Assembly: GCA_035084275.1 (NCBI GenBank)
Contig: CM068750.1
Span: 8,060,001 to 8,124,000 of the forward strand
Reading direction: 5' to 3'
Length of the DNA: 64,000 bases
From: Hydrolagus colliei
Taxonomy: Eukaryota
Part shown: piece by piece, positions 50,701 to 61,610 of the stretch
How positions within the stretch are numbered: position 1 is the stretch's first letter
Layout of the letters: every line of letters starts with the position of its first letter
Translations under genes and position numbers: made by a program
The notes under the pieces: model-generated
Database searches by the model: none
Told to the model about the DNA's origin: nothing
Seen by the model: only the letters and a program-made list of their open reading frames with translations

Positions 50701-53700
50701 AGTTTATCCTGCAACATACAAGAGCACTTACAGCATTTCTTTAAAACCTGATTTTGGTGCCCAGAATTCATTGTGCTGCAAAATAAATTAATCATTTAAT
50801 TTATTCTGTGTTCTTGCCATCCCCTTAGAATATATTTACTTAAAATACTGTCAAGCTTCAGAGGCAATGGGTGAATGATGCATTTAATATGCGGACTGAC
50901 TGCTATATGCAGTCTTAACAAGAGAGATGCAGTATTTGTTTTTTATATTGATTACAATAGGAGGTTGACTTTCAAATTGTTTTATGAGCCTAATCTTCAG
51001 CTCATCAATCACAGCAAGGCTGGCCAGCCAGGACTGGACATCTGAATGCCACTTCAGCAAACCAGCAATGAGGCATAAATTGAGCATTCTCCCCCTTGGG
51101 ATGGCTTTATCGCACACTGGAACAGACAGATCACCTGAGTCTAAGTTATCTTCATGTCTGTGAACCAGCATGCATCACATTACTCGGTAAATTTGGAATG
51201 AAACACACCTGCAACTGCAGCAATAAGCAAATAGAACTTAATACAAGCTTGTACTTTCTTGTGGTGCGGTTGGGGAGGACGGTGGGATGGTTGAGGCTCA
51301 TAATGTACAACTGCACCTGAATAGAAACCATCTGCTCTGCCCTGCCGGTTTTTTTGTGTTTAATAAATCTAAGAGAGAATGCACAATACAGCTGCAAGTA
51401 AAGAAAAGCACAGACAGACAATTTCTAAAACTATCTGCACCAATTGTTCGACTCCAGCTGCTGTTTCCTTTTTTTCTCATCCAATTCTGAGACATTTGAC
51501 ACATTTTAACCTTTACTGGATATGATTTTGCAGGCAACAGGGATGCCCTCCATTGCTTTGTGTTGGGCATCAGTGAGAGCCGTTATTACACATGTTGCAG
51601 GCATTGTGTTTGCAGGAGGCAGCACAGCTGAGTCCAATCCTGTCCTCACTCACTAGATGACACATTCCAGCAGGAAGCACTGGATACCAGTGTTCCGAGT
51701 GGCACAAATAAAATGCGTCATTCACTTCATAGTAGTTCGTGGAACGTTGCTGTGTGCAAATTTGTTGCTGCGTTCATCTATAAAATTCACAGTTTTTATA
51801 CACACTCTTTACATTATATGAAGGACATTGAGACTTCTAAACCACAAGCCAGGCTTTAAAAGGAGAACTGAGGATTGAACGAAACAACACAATTGCATCA
51901 CCTTTTATGTTACTTAGTTGAGTGTAAAATTGTCCAGGTAAGTGCAAAACAAGGACATCAAGCTACTGCTGGTCCACAACAGCAAGAGTTTATGTGAATT
52001 TCGAGAAGACTTAATATTTCTGGTTTTGGATCAGCAATAATAATCTGGCATCTGGTCAGGTCTGTGACTGTCGGGATGCGTACGTCTCAATGAAAGGAGA
52101 CCTTATTCCTTGCTCTTCAGCAAGATTAAATCATAGGTCATTCATAACTCATTTGACAGTATTATCTCACGAAACCGTGCAGAAATCCTGCTGTAGTCCG
52201 TGAAAGGTTAATGTATTATTTTACTACTTGAATTTTGAAGGTCAAAATTGCAGTGCTTCTCGCATTCTCTTTCTACAAAATTGGTTATGATTATAAACCA
52301 CTTAATTCCCTTTAGGATTTTAAAGGTCAAAATTTGAACTAACATCAATCTTTGTCTGCTGCAATCAAAGAGCAGCAACACTCTTGTCCAGAAATGTCTT
52401 CATCTTAAAGAGAACAGCTTGTAATAAGAACATTAAGGGCATTTACTCTCATGTAGCTAGTAAATGATTCATCCTATTCTTTGCGCTTCTGTTTTGAATG
52501 TGTTGGATGTTCTAAAAGGTACCTTTTAAAGTGAACATCATTTTTAGTTCCAAGTAGTTTGATTGATAATTTTAGCTGTTAATAGGTCATTGATCTTGTC
52601 ATGCCTGTGACTGTGATTTTTGTGAGTCCACAGTACTCCCAAGGCACTGTTGATAATAGACCAGCCAGTCTGTCTCAGCAGAAAGACGTGGAGAGAAAAA
52701 TTAGACATGAGGACCAGGGATTCTTCCCACTCGTTTTCGGTTAACCTAGCAAACCCAAGCCCTTGTGGGTAGGATGGTGCTCATTGGGCAAGTAGCGGGA
52801 AGATGGCCAGACAGAACAACATTCACTAAATTTTTCATCTCATTCTGCACGGTGCTTTGAGTTGTTTGTTTACGGGACCTAACCACTTCACAGTATATCC
52901 TGTGAAGGCTTTGAGATGTCTCGACAACGTGATATAAAATGCAGGGAATATTAATATATGCTGTGTAAATATAAGTTCTTACAGGATAACAGACAGTTGA
53001 AATCTGATCTGAAACAAATCTGTGCAAAGTAGGATGTAGAAATGCATACAGTTGATCACTGGCAAATGTTTCAATGTGAACAAATGTCATAAAATTCATT
53101 ATTAAGAGTAGAAGGTACATGTGCTTCTTGGTTGGGACATCAAATGCCAGGGGACAAATTGAAAGAGGCTGAGCACAAATTATTCCAATCAAGTCATAGG
53201 TGGATTACAGCACATCCTTTACAGTATAAAAGGGCAGTTGATGCCTGAACATGCAATTTAATTGAGAATTGACGCAGCATTTTGAATTCTTAATATTAAG
53301 AAAGCTCCTATGCTATTGACTGTGCCTTGTTCTGTCTCGCTGAAATGTACTTGGAGCATTGCGATATGCGTGGGAGTGATGTTTCCCTTGATGTGAAATT
53401 TAGTGAATGAGCATGAATCCATTGTGCTTTCCTCAGCAGAAATAGACAGTGTGTCTTCAACAGTGCCTTGGCTCTTTTGGCCAGGCAAATAGCTAGATCT
53501 TTAGATCCTTGAAGAAAATTTGCCTTCACAACAGATTTTGTTTCCCACTTGCTGCCAATCAGTCACTGAAGTGTGTCTGTGAGAAAGTGGATGTACTGTA
53601 ACTCAAACCTCCTACCTTATCCAGCTGGAAGGTGCTGTATTGAGCGTAGCATGACTTGGCTTTAATTTTCCAAAGTCCGTTTCCAAGTAATTGAAGATAA

Positions 53701-53811
53701 TCTTCTATTATCTTCAATTAATGGTGGATTGAAATGATTTCTCTCATTGAAATACTGTGCATTTGTTGCTTTTCTTTTCAAACTTTATTATTCAAAATCT
53801 GTACTGTAGAT

Positions 53812-54180
53812 AACAACAATGACAACTTTCACTTATTTGGCACCCAGGGTGCTAGGTAGCATCTCAGGCTGCTTAACGGTGGCGGAGCCTGACTCTGAGC
53901 TTGTGGAGGTGGCCTTAAAGCACAGTTGAACAGGAAGATTTTCAGGTAGGACTTGAAAGGGAACAAGGCAGAGGGACTGAGTGAGAGAGTGTTCCAGAGC
54001 AATGGGATATAGTGGCTGCAAGCATCACCTTTGATGGTGGAGCGGAAATGTGCAGTGGACGAGCAGGACGCACCGGTGGCAGGCAAGTGGAGGCACCGGG
54101 TAGTGGTTTGGGGAATAAAGAGATCAGAGAGGTACCAGGGAGTGCGTGGATTTGAACACGAGTGTGAAGATCATGAAGTC
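53812..54180 (-). mobile_element. Older L2 3' fragment; related fragments at ~4065-4245 (+) and ~31490-31710 (+)
   Basis: Reverse translation gives R.TI.G.A.S....LWN.L....FKS.LK.FLF, the L2 ORF2 C-terminus. Confidence 0.7.
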
Positions 54181-54199
54181 AATCCATTTATACATACTT

Positions 54200-54390
54200 T
54201 AAAGAACTTTAAAGGAAGTTTTTCTTAGTGTTCCAGCTAACAATCCTCCAGATATGATTGGTCATTCACTTAGTGGCTTTTCGAGCGACATTTCTTTGAA
54301 CAAATTGGCTCCAAATGTACAGTCACTACACTTTACAATAAATTATGTGAAGCTCTTTGAAAGGTTCTAACAACATGAAAATGTATGAAT
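54200..54390 (+). mobile_element. Second degenerate Deu-SINE-like fragment
   Basis: gtgttccagctaacaatcctccagatatgattggtcattcactt matches 2437-2480. Confidence 0.55.
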
Positions 54391-55569
54391 TATTCTCAAG
54401 CATAATAGAATTGTATTGGGAAGTACACAACATATTTATTTGAAGTGAGATTTGGTGGCAAAAATGAGCATGTAGTTGTGAAGCAGTGTACAGGCAGTCC
54501 TCTGAGTTCTTGAAGGCCATTTTAACAATTCCAAATGTATTGAGATAAATTAAAGGCATGCAGTTAGAATGGACTATAAGCAAATCTAATAGCACTAGCA
54601 CAGTGGTTGCCTTCAGTGCAGAACTTAGGATTCAAATTGGAACCATGTAGAAATCCTTTGGCCTCCTTCAAACATGCTGGGTTGCATTTCGGTTGGTCAG
54701 ACCAGACACATGGAAATTTCCAAACATAGCTAGCTTGCAAATCTGGACTTCTGTCTGGTCTCTGGATGCTCTTAAAGCACGGTGACAGGTTTCCACGTGT
54801 GTCAGACACTAGGATGAATCCCAGAAAGTGTTTTAGATCCTCTCGGATTGAATGCAGTTTACCAACCTTATAGAGAATGAAACTCTCAGCACAAATCTGG
54901 TGCTCAAAGTGCAATGCCACAACTGGGAAACCTCCAAGAGTCTACAAGCAGCCACAAGCAAACACTACTTGTCAATTAGTTCGGTCTCCCTTCTTTGGTT
55001 TTATGTTGCCATGGAAACTGGAGCAGGACAATTTTTAACAAACCATTTTCAGAATTCATCAACAAACACTGTGATCCTGTGACCAAATTTCAATGAGGCT
55101 GCCCTGCAGATTCGTATAGACTGACCTAGCGAGATAGTTGAGACGCATCAATGGCAACTTCGCATTAAATTGGATCTCAGAGAGGGGGAAGATTGCCCCA
55201 GTGTTACATTAAGAACGTTGTATTTTTGGAAAATTTAGTTTTCTTTTAGGTGGCTCCTTTTCTAAAAACTTTCAGAGAATACTGACAACGCTTGATGTCG
55301 GTGGTTGTAGCCACCTTTTTCCCTGGTTGTAGCCTACATGAAATTCTAGGAATGAGGTTTAATTGGGGGCTGTTGTCAATCTGTAATTTTTTTCTCTGCT
55401 TCTTTACAGCGATACAAATCAGCAACATATCTTTTATTAGGAGATGCTGTGAGATGAAAAAGGCAATGAGTGATTAGAGTTTGTAGAAATCTAGGAAAGA
55501 AATGTAATGGTTGTTGGATTTTCTGTTTTATCTTTTGCCCATTACATTATGTATTGTCAATCTGAATAG

Positions 55570-56593
55570 TAGGGTCCGTTGATATGGAAATTTTCCGATT
55601 TAGATATATCGATGGGCTCATATCGAGATATACCGAAATATTGATACTTCTGGGTTTTTCGTACTGCGCATGCGCGCGCTGCGCGCATTCGGGGTGCACG
55701 CACGGTCCAGGTGCGCGCGCATTCAGGGTGCACGCTCATTCAGGCCCTATCTCCTCAGGAGGTAAATATCTTTATCTATGTGTCTCTCACTCTCTCCATC
55801 TCCGTGTTTGTCTGTCTGTGTCTCTGTGTCTCTCTCACATCCCCCCATCTCTATCTATCTGTATATTATCCCATCCACGCCGTCTCTCCCCGCATCCCCC
55901 CCAGCCATCCCTCTCCCCCCCACCCCCCCCAGCCGTCTCTCTCCCTCCACCCCCCCGCCCTCTCTCGCCCCCCCACCCCCCCAGTCGTCTCTTTCCCCCT
56001 CCCCCCCGCCGTCTCTCTCTCCCTCCCCCTACAGCCGTCTCTCTCCCCCACACCCCCCACCCAGCCGTCTCTCTCCCCTCCCACCACCCCCCAGCCATTT
56101 CTTTACCCCTCCCCCCGCCGTCTCTCTCTCCCCCCTCACCACCCACCCGCCGTCTCTCTCCCCACCCCCCCCAGCCGTCTCTTCCCCCCCACCCCCCCAG
56201 CCGTCTCTCTGCCCCCCACCCCCCCCAGCCGTCTCTCTCTCCGCACCCCTCCCCAGCCGTCTCTCTCCCCTTCATCCCCCCCCCCACCAGCCGTCCCTCT
56301 CCCCCTCACCCCCCCACCCCCCCCAGCCTTCGCTTCCCATCCCCACCCCTTGCATACCTGTATATTGTATTCGAGGACTATGAATACAATATGGCGGCTT
56401 TGCACCTCGGTCTGTGCATTGTCTATAGAGTTGAGCATTCTGGGTCTTGTAGTTCAGTGTGCGCGCATTCCGATTTTTTACCTCGATATATCGATTTTCC
56501 GGTATATCGATATTTTTTAAATGCCTATATCGGCGTATTGATATGAAAATTGTATCGGGATTTAGCGATATATCGATATATCGTCGGACCCTA
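55570..56593. mobile_element. Non-autonomous hAT-superfamily DNA transposon (1024 bp)
   Basis: TIRs TAGGGTCCG(tt)GATAT ... ATATC(gt)CGGACCCTA. Perfect 8-bp TSD CTGAATAG at 55562-55569 and 56594-56601. Many subterminal ATATCG/CGATAT motifs at both ends; no transposase ORF. Confidence 0.92.
55876..56350. repeat. C-rich minisatellite, ~20-25 bp unit like CCCCAGCCGTCTCTCTCCCCCCAC, about 20 degenerate copies
   Basis: Recurrent GCCGTCTCTCT core separated by C runs, located inside the hAT element. Confidence 0.92.
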
Positions 56594-56777
56594 CTGAATA
56601 GTAATTAACATTGCCAAAGTATGTTACTGTACAAGCTGAACCCATTTACTCTGTCTCATGAGATGCTGTTAAAATACATAGGTCTTCTTAAATAAAAACC
56701 AAGGTCATGTTGTCAAAACAAAAACTTGCATGACTTCTGCCACATTTTATAATAAGACATCAGCCAGTTGGACTTTT

Positions 56778-56852
56778 TCAGCGCCTTGGGACATCCTCCT
56801 GCCGTGAAAGGCGCCCTGGTAATGTAATTTTGTTGTTGTTGTTGTTGTTGTT
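56778..56852 (+). mobile_element. Isolated L2 terminal stem-loop and (GTT)n tail; similar stubs at ~14110-14175, ~19990-20045, ~41800-41855, ~43635-43690 and ~59285-59348
   Basis: cagcgccttgggacatcctcctgccgtgaaaggcgcc...aatgtaattttgttgttgttg. Confidence 0.85.
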
Positions 56853-57361
56853 TTGGAAATGTGTTTCTCAACACCATGGTCTATCTCAGAGAGCAATTTG
56901 TTTCGGGATAACGTGTTTACCATTCCATTTGCTACCATTATAACTTCAAGCAAACTCGAGTTTGAAGAAGGGAGTGGAAAATTAAACTCATTTTAATTTG
57001 GTAAAGTCACCTGATATGAATTTGGATTCTCAAATACCCCACATTGTGCACTTAGCATTGTTAATTTTATACACTGTATTTTAATTGAGGTCATATTGCT
57101 ATCTTTATTTTAGCAAGATCTGCTATTCGAAGAAAGTTTGGCAGTATAGTATATGACCAAATCCAGTGTTATATGGGAATAGTAAAGAGTGCAAGAGTAA
57201 ACATCTTTGCAAATGGCCTGTTGAATTATATTTGAAAGACCTATTGTTTTTATTCATAACAGTGACAGTTGGTTGCATTAGACAAGAGAAAGTGCTTTAA
57301 TTTTGCTGGGTTTTCTCATAGTCAATATCTAGAAATTAGTAGAGCAAAAGCTGTAGCTGCT

Positions 57362-57655
57362 CAGTGGGCTTTGGCCTGTTCCATATCCCACGACCCACCA
57401 GGTCCACCATTGGCGGGCGAGCCTTCAGCCACTCTGCCGCCATCCTTTGGAATTCCATCCCGCAATCCCTCCACCTCGTCCCCTCTAAGTTCCGCCTTAA
57501 GACCCTCCTCTTTGACAGTAGCATTGGTCACCCCCATTCCCTCCTTCCCTCCACCCTCCCCAATTCTGACCCCAGCTCGGGTCCGATACACTGACTGTCC
57601 AGTACCTTCCTCCTGACGTGAAAGGCGCTATACAAATGTAATTTGTTATTGTTGC
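57362..57655 (+). mobile_element. L2 3' end fragment
   Basis: Translates GL.HIPRPTRSTIGGRAFSHSAAILWNSIPQSLHLVPSKFRLKTLLFD; tail gacgtgaaaggcgctatacaaatgtaatttgttattgttg. Confidence 0.9.
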
Positions 57656-59561
57656 TTTTGTTTATCAGGTAAAGTTTTCAAAGATTTTGTAAAATGACTT
57701 GAAGGAAATGTTTATTCTGGCAAGATGCCGCAGATTCAATGTCTTCTTTAATAGCAGCTTACATTTGAGAGATCTTTGATAACTTCAGGAGAAGATTTCT
57801 GATAATGTTAATTCTCAGTAGGTTTCATTTTCTAATGCTATCAGAATGCTGCACCTTTAGTGTCAAGGTCGAGAGAATGCTTTCACTGTACAGTACCAAT
57901 ACGAAAAGTGCAACATTGATACATGCGACAACAGTCATGTTGGAAACCAGTGGCAGAATGGCAGCCATTGTTAAGCCTATCTTTTAGCATCTCATTCAAA
58001 GTGTGCCATTGCTGGCAGCTGCTCTCTACATTCCACTGGTAGAAAAGATCTATCTGCTTATCAGCTGCCTTTAGTCAACAACAATGTCATTGTCAGTTTG
58101 GGGGACTGATTTGTAGCTGCCTGTGTTAGGCAGCATGTGTGCAAACAAAGAGCTTCGCCACTAGCCCTTCTACGCAAATAGGCAGTGTTGCAACAGCATC
58201 ACACACAGTTGTTCAAATCCTGTCAGTACATATTCAGTTTTCATCGTACAGTGTTACGAGACAAGTCAAAACATTTTTTAAATGCTTCATTTTCCCACTC
58301 TGTCTGAAGGTTGGGTTGTCCTACTTTTACAAAGTTTGTTTGTACACCTACTGGGAAGTTCAAATATGAGCAATCTCATAGCTTGTGCTGCCTAGGAATC
58401 GTCAAAGAAAGGACTTTGTTTTCTTTACTGGGACAGATTCTTGAGTTTGAAATGAACGCCATGGAGCCATGTGCCAAAGGCTGGCACCCACCTTTCTCCA
58501 CATCAACATTTGCAAGCCAAGGGAGAAATGGTGCACACATAGTCTAACGTTTCCACTCAGAATAATAAGATCTGATAGAATTACAGGCAAGATTGTCTTT
58601 GTCTGAGATTAGTTATCATTATGTAGCTCAGGAGATTTAGAATTTGGAAGGGCCTTAATGACTCTTCAGACCGCAGCACTTAATTTCAGGATTCAATGAG
58701 CCAGTTCCATTTTGTAAGAAAGATTTTCAGTGTTTAACCGATGAATGTAACTTGGTGCACTTTTGTTTTAATGGTTCGTCTTTAATGGCATATATAAATG
58801 GTAACTGAGCAATTCGATTATTTTTCTATTAAAACAACATATGTCTCATGAGACATGTTGTTTTAATAGAAAAATAATGTTGGTTGGTTGTGTGGTGGTT
58901 GCTTCATACCTTTCAAAGAATAATTTTTATAACTATTTTATTTTCACTGTAAAATGTTTCGTCCAAAATGCCAACTTTATTTTCTCAACTTCCCAATCTA
59001 TTGTCATGCACCTATTTCTTTCCTGCGTGCTCAGTCTCTTACCAAATGTTGTTCTTTCTCAGGATCTTTACACTGTGGGACATTTTGCTTCTCCCCTACA
59101 AGGTGAAACGCCCTTACACAGTTTAAACCTCAATTCATTACTGCTTGACTTGGTCACTTTTTGACTTATTTTCTCTGCTGCCTATTTCGGCTTTGGTGGT
59201 ACTGTATATCACAGTTGTGTTTGGAGTGGAAGATACACTGCCTTATTTTCCAGGTTTAATCACTTATTTTCTTCTTCAATCGGCACCTAGGGACATCCTT
59301 CTGACATGAATGGCACTATATAAATGTAATTTTTTTCTTGTTGTTGTTTTTCCTGTCTCCTATTGATTACTCTGTTCATTTGTGGTAATGCAACTATTAC
59401 ATAACAGGTATAAAATGAAAGGCTAGTTACTGGTAACGGTGTCTGATTGTCTGGTTTTGTATTCCTGTCATCGCTTGTCCTTCGTGCTTTGTTTGTGGTC
59501 CTCATCACCTTTGGCAGTAAATTCCTTTTCATGTTGAAGCTTTACATGTAAAGGCATTTAT

Positions 59562-59744
59562 AGAGTCCTGTAGCTCAGTGGTTAGAGGACTTGGTTAGAG
59601 ACTTGTGTTGGAATCCAGGCAGGGCATAACCTTGGGCAAGTTTCCTTACTCCACACGCCTAATAATAATCCCTCCAACAAGAAATAATAATAAATTGGTC
59701 ATTTCAATCCATGACTGATTGTGGGAAACTGCTGTGCGCAATTG
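59562..59744 (+). mobile_element. tRNA-SINE 5' two-thirds (tail missing)
   Basis: agagtcctgtagctcagtggttagag...aaccttgggcaagtttccttactcc...gctgtgcgcaattg. Confidence 0.85.
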
Positions 59745-60506
59745 AAGTGAAAAACTATGCATTTTTCTGTTGGATGCCAATTTAATACCTTTTCACATAA
59801 TAGACTGCAATTTTATGCAATGAACAGTCGAGTCTCTTTAACACCACTCTACAATAAATGTGGTACTTTTATGCTTCCATTATCCCAGTCATTAAGCATT
59901 ATTTATCAGTCATTGGATAGTAAATTCCTTTTGATACTATCTCCTGACCTCCATCAGACTGAGTATATGATAAGCCTAGGGAGGAGTAAGATAAATAAAC
60001 AATGAAGTTGTAACTGGATGGTTGAGGAACAATAAATATACAAACCTACATTTCATACACTTTTCACTAATTTTAGTGTTCCTTTCGAGTGTTCAGCTGT
60101 GTACAGTGTGGAGCTAATGCAAGACACTGGCCGAAATTGGTGGTAGGTTGACATGAGTGAGTGACCAGCTTGTCCTCATTGACTGACTTCTCTTCTGTGG
60201 TTTACCTTATGTTTTACATTTTTGCCTACTTTTGAAACAAACAAGATTGTGAATTCATACCACGGGGAAACATATTTAGCACAAATGCTCAAGTTCCTTT
60301 CCTATCTGGTGTGGTTAAAAATCCAGTGTTTTCCCACATCATTTAACCTGTAAATGCATACTAAGAATGTTGTTCGAGGCATCTGTTAGATAATTTACCA
60401 TAAATGTGCAAGACTTGTTGTAATGTGTTAGAGCTCAGACGCAGTGGCTGGGGGTTTGATTGTGGGTAAAGGTTTTTTTATTGAAACCCAGCCTTTCTTT
60501 ATTCAG

Positions 60507-60625
60507 GATTCCCGAAGGCCCCATTGATCAGGGAACTGCGGCTGCTGGAAGAATACGTGCATTAGAAGAACAGCTCACAAAGGCCAAAGAGCAGATAGAA
60601 AGCTACAAGAATCGTCCAGGCTATG
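60507..60625 (+). CDS. FUT8: FUT8 second coding exon (stem)
   Basis: Acceptor ctttctttattcAG|G completes the Arg codon. Translates [39 protein letters not shown](G), matching FUT8 [26 protein letters not shown]. Donor G|GTAGGT; 119 nt. Not in the supplied ORF track. Confidence 0.96.
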
Positions 60626-61085
60626 GTAGGTGGTAGCTGCTCTGTTGTCGAGTCCCCTGCGGGGAGGAACATTTATGCGGTGAAGCCAATAATTGACCTT
60701 GCTCATTTTCCCTGAGGTAGTGAGGGGGGAAAAATCAACTAGAATACTCACTCCTGTTTGCTATCCCATCATCTCTGCTGCATTTCACCACAGACTGAGG
60801 ATTGAACCAAGGACATTCAGGTTTGTTTGTGTAGGGCAGATTAACATTACCTATGCAGTTTAGCAACTGAGCCTTGTGGAAACATTAATTAAATTGTTAA
60901 TGTTGAGCTGCATGGAGACCAAGCACATTTGATTGATTCCCCACAAACTTTTAACTGGTACCATTTATGACTGGATCTGAGTCAAATCCTGTTCACTAAT
61001 CTGATTCTAAATAGGAAAGTGACTTGCAGTGTCATGAAAATTGTGTCCTGTTACTGGGAGATTTTTATATTACTTTGTATATTTA

Positions 61086-61192
61086 TGTTTCTCCCATAAA
61101 TAAACAGTCAATTCACTTTACAGTACATTCTGTGAAGCGCTTTGAGACATCAGTAAGATGTGAAAAGTGCTATATCAAATGCAAGGATTATT
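61086..61192 (+). mobile_element. SINE tail within the short FUT8 intron
   Basis: cagtcaattcactttacagtacattctgtgaagcgctttgagacatc...atcaaatgcaaggattatt. Confidence 0.88.
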
Positions 61193-61447
61193 CTTGTTCT
61201 TCTTATATACTTATATACCGGGTGTCGTGATACACACGGGAACTCATTCACCTTGTTTAAGGGTATATCCAAACTAGACTGGTTTTTACATATTTGTACC
61301 ACCTACACATAAAGTGAACACAACGTAAAAGACAGAAGCAGATGTGACTGTTGGGCAGTCAGAAGCGAAACACTACCAATGAAATTGTGATCCTTTGAAA
61401 AACCCTCGGAACCAGCCGTCAGGTAATCATATTACATGGTGTCACAG

Positions 61448-61610
61448 GTCCTGGGAAGCAACATGAGGAGCTGCGACGTAAGATTGAAAATGGAGTGAAG
61501 GAACTGTGGTTCTTTATACAGAATGAAGTGAAGAAACTGAAGCACTTGGAAGTAGACGAAGCACAGATACGAGCAGATGCGTTGCTTGAGAACTTTGGTC
61601 ACCATGAAAG
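61448..61610 (+). CDS. FUT8: FUT8 third coding exon (start of coiled-coil domain); gene continues past the window
   Basis: Acceptor tcacAG|GT is phase-compatible with the previous exon. Translates (G)[53 protein letters not shown](R), matching FUT8 ..HE.LRR.IENG.KELWFF.Q.E.KKLK...GHHER. Donor AG|GTACGT; 163 nt. Confidence 0.96.

Noticed and set aside
55876-56350. CRISPR-like regularly spaced repeats
   Set aside because: The 'spacers' are just C runs, the context is eukaryotic, and there are no cas genes.
55584-56546. Long Pro/Ser-rich (extensin-like) and Gly/Arg-rich ORFs in several frames
   Set aside because: They are artefacts of the stop-free C-rich minisatellite inside a transposon, open on both strands, with no domain signal.
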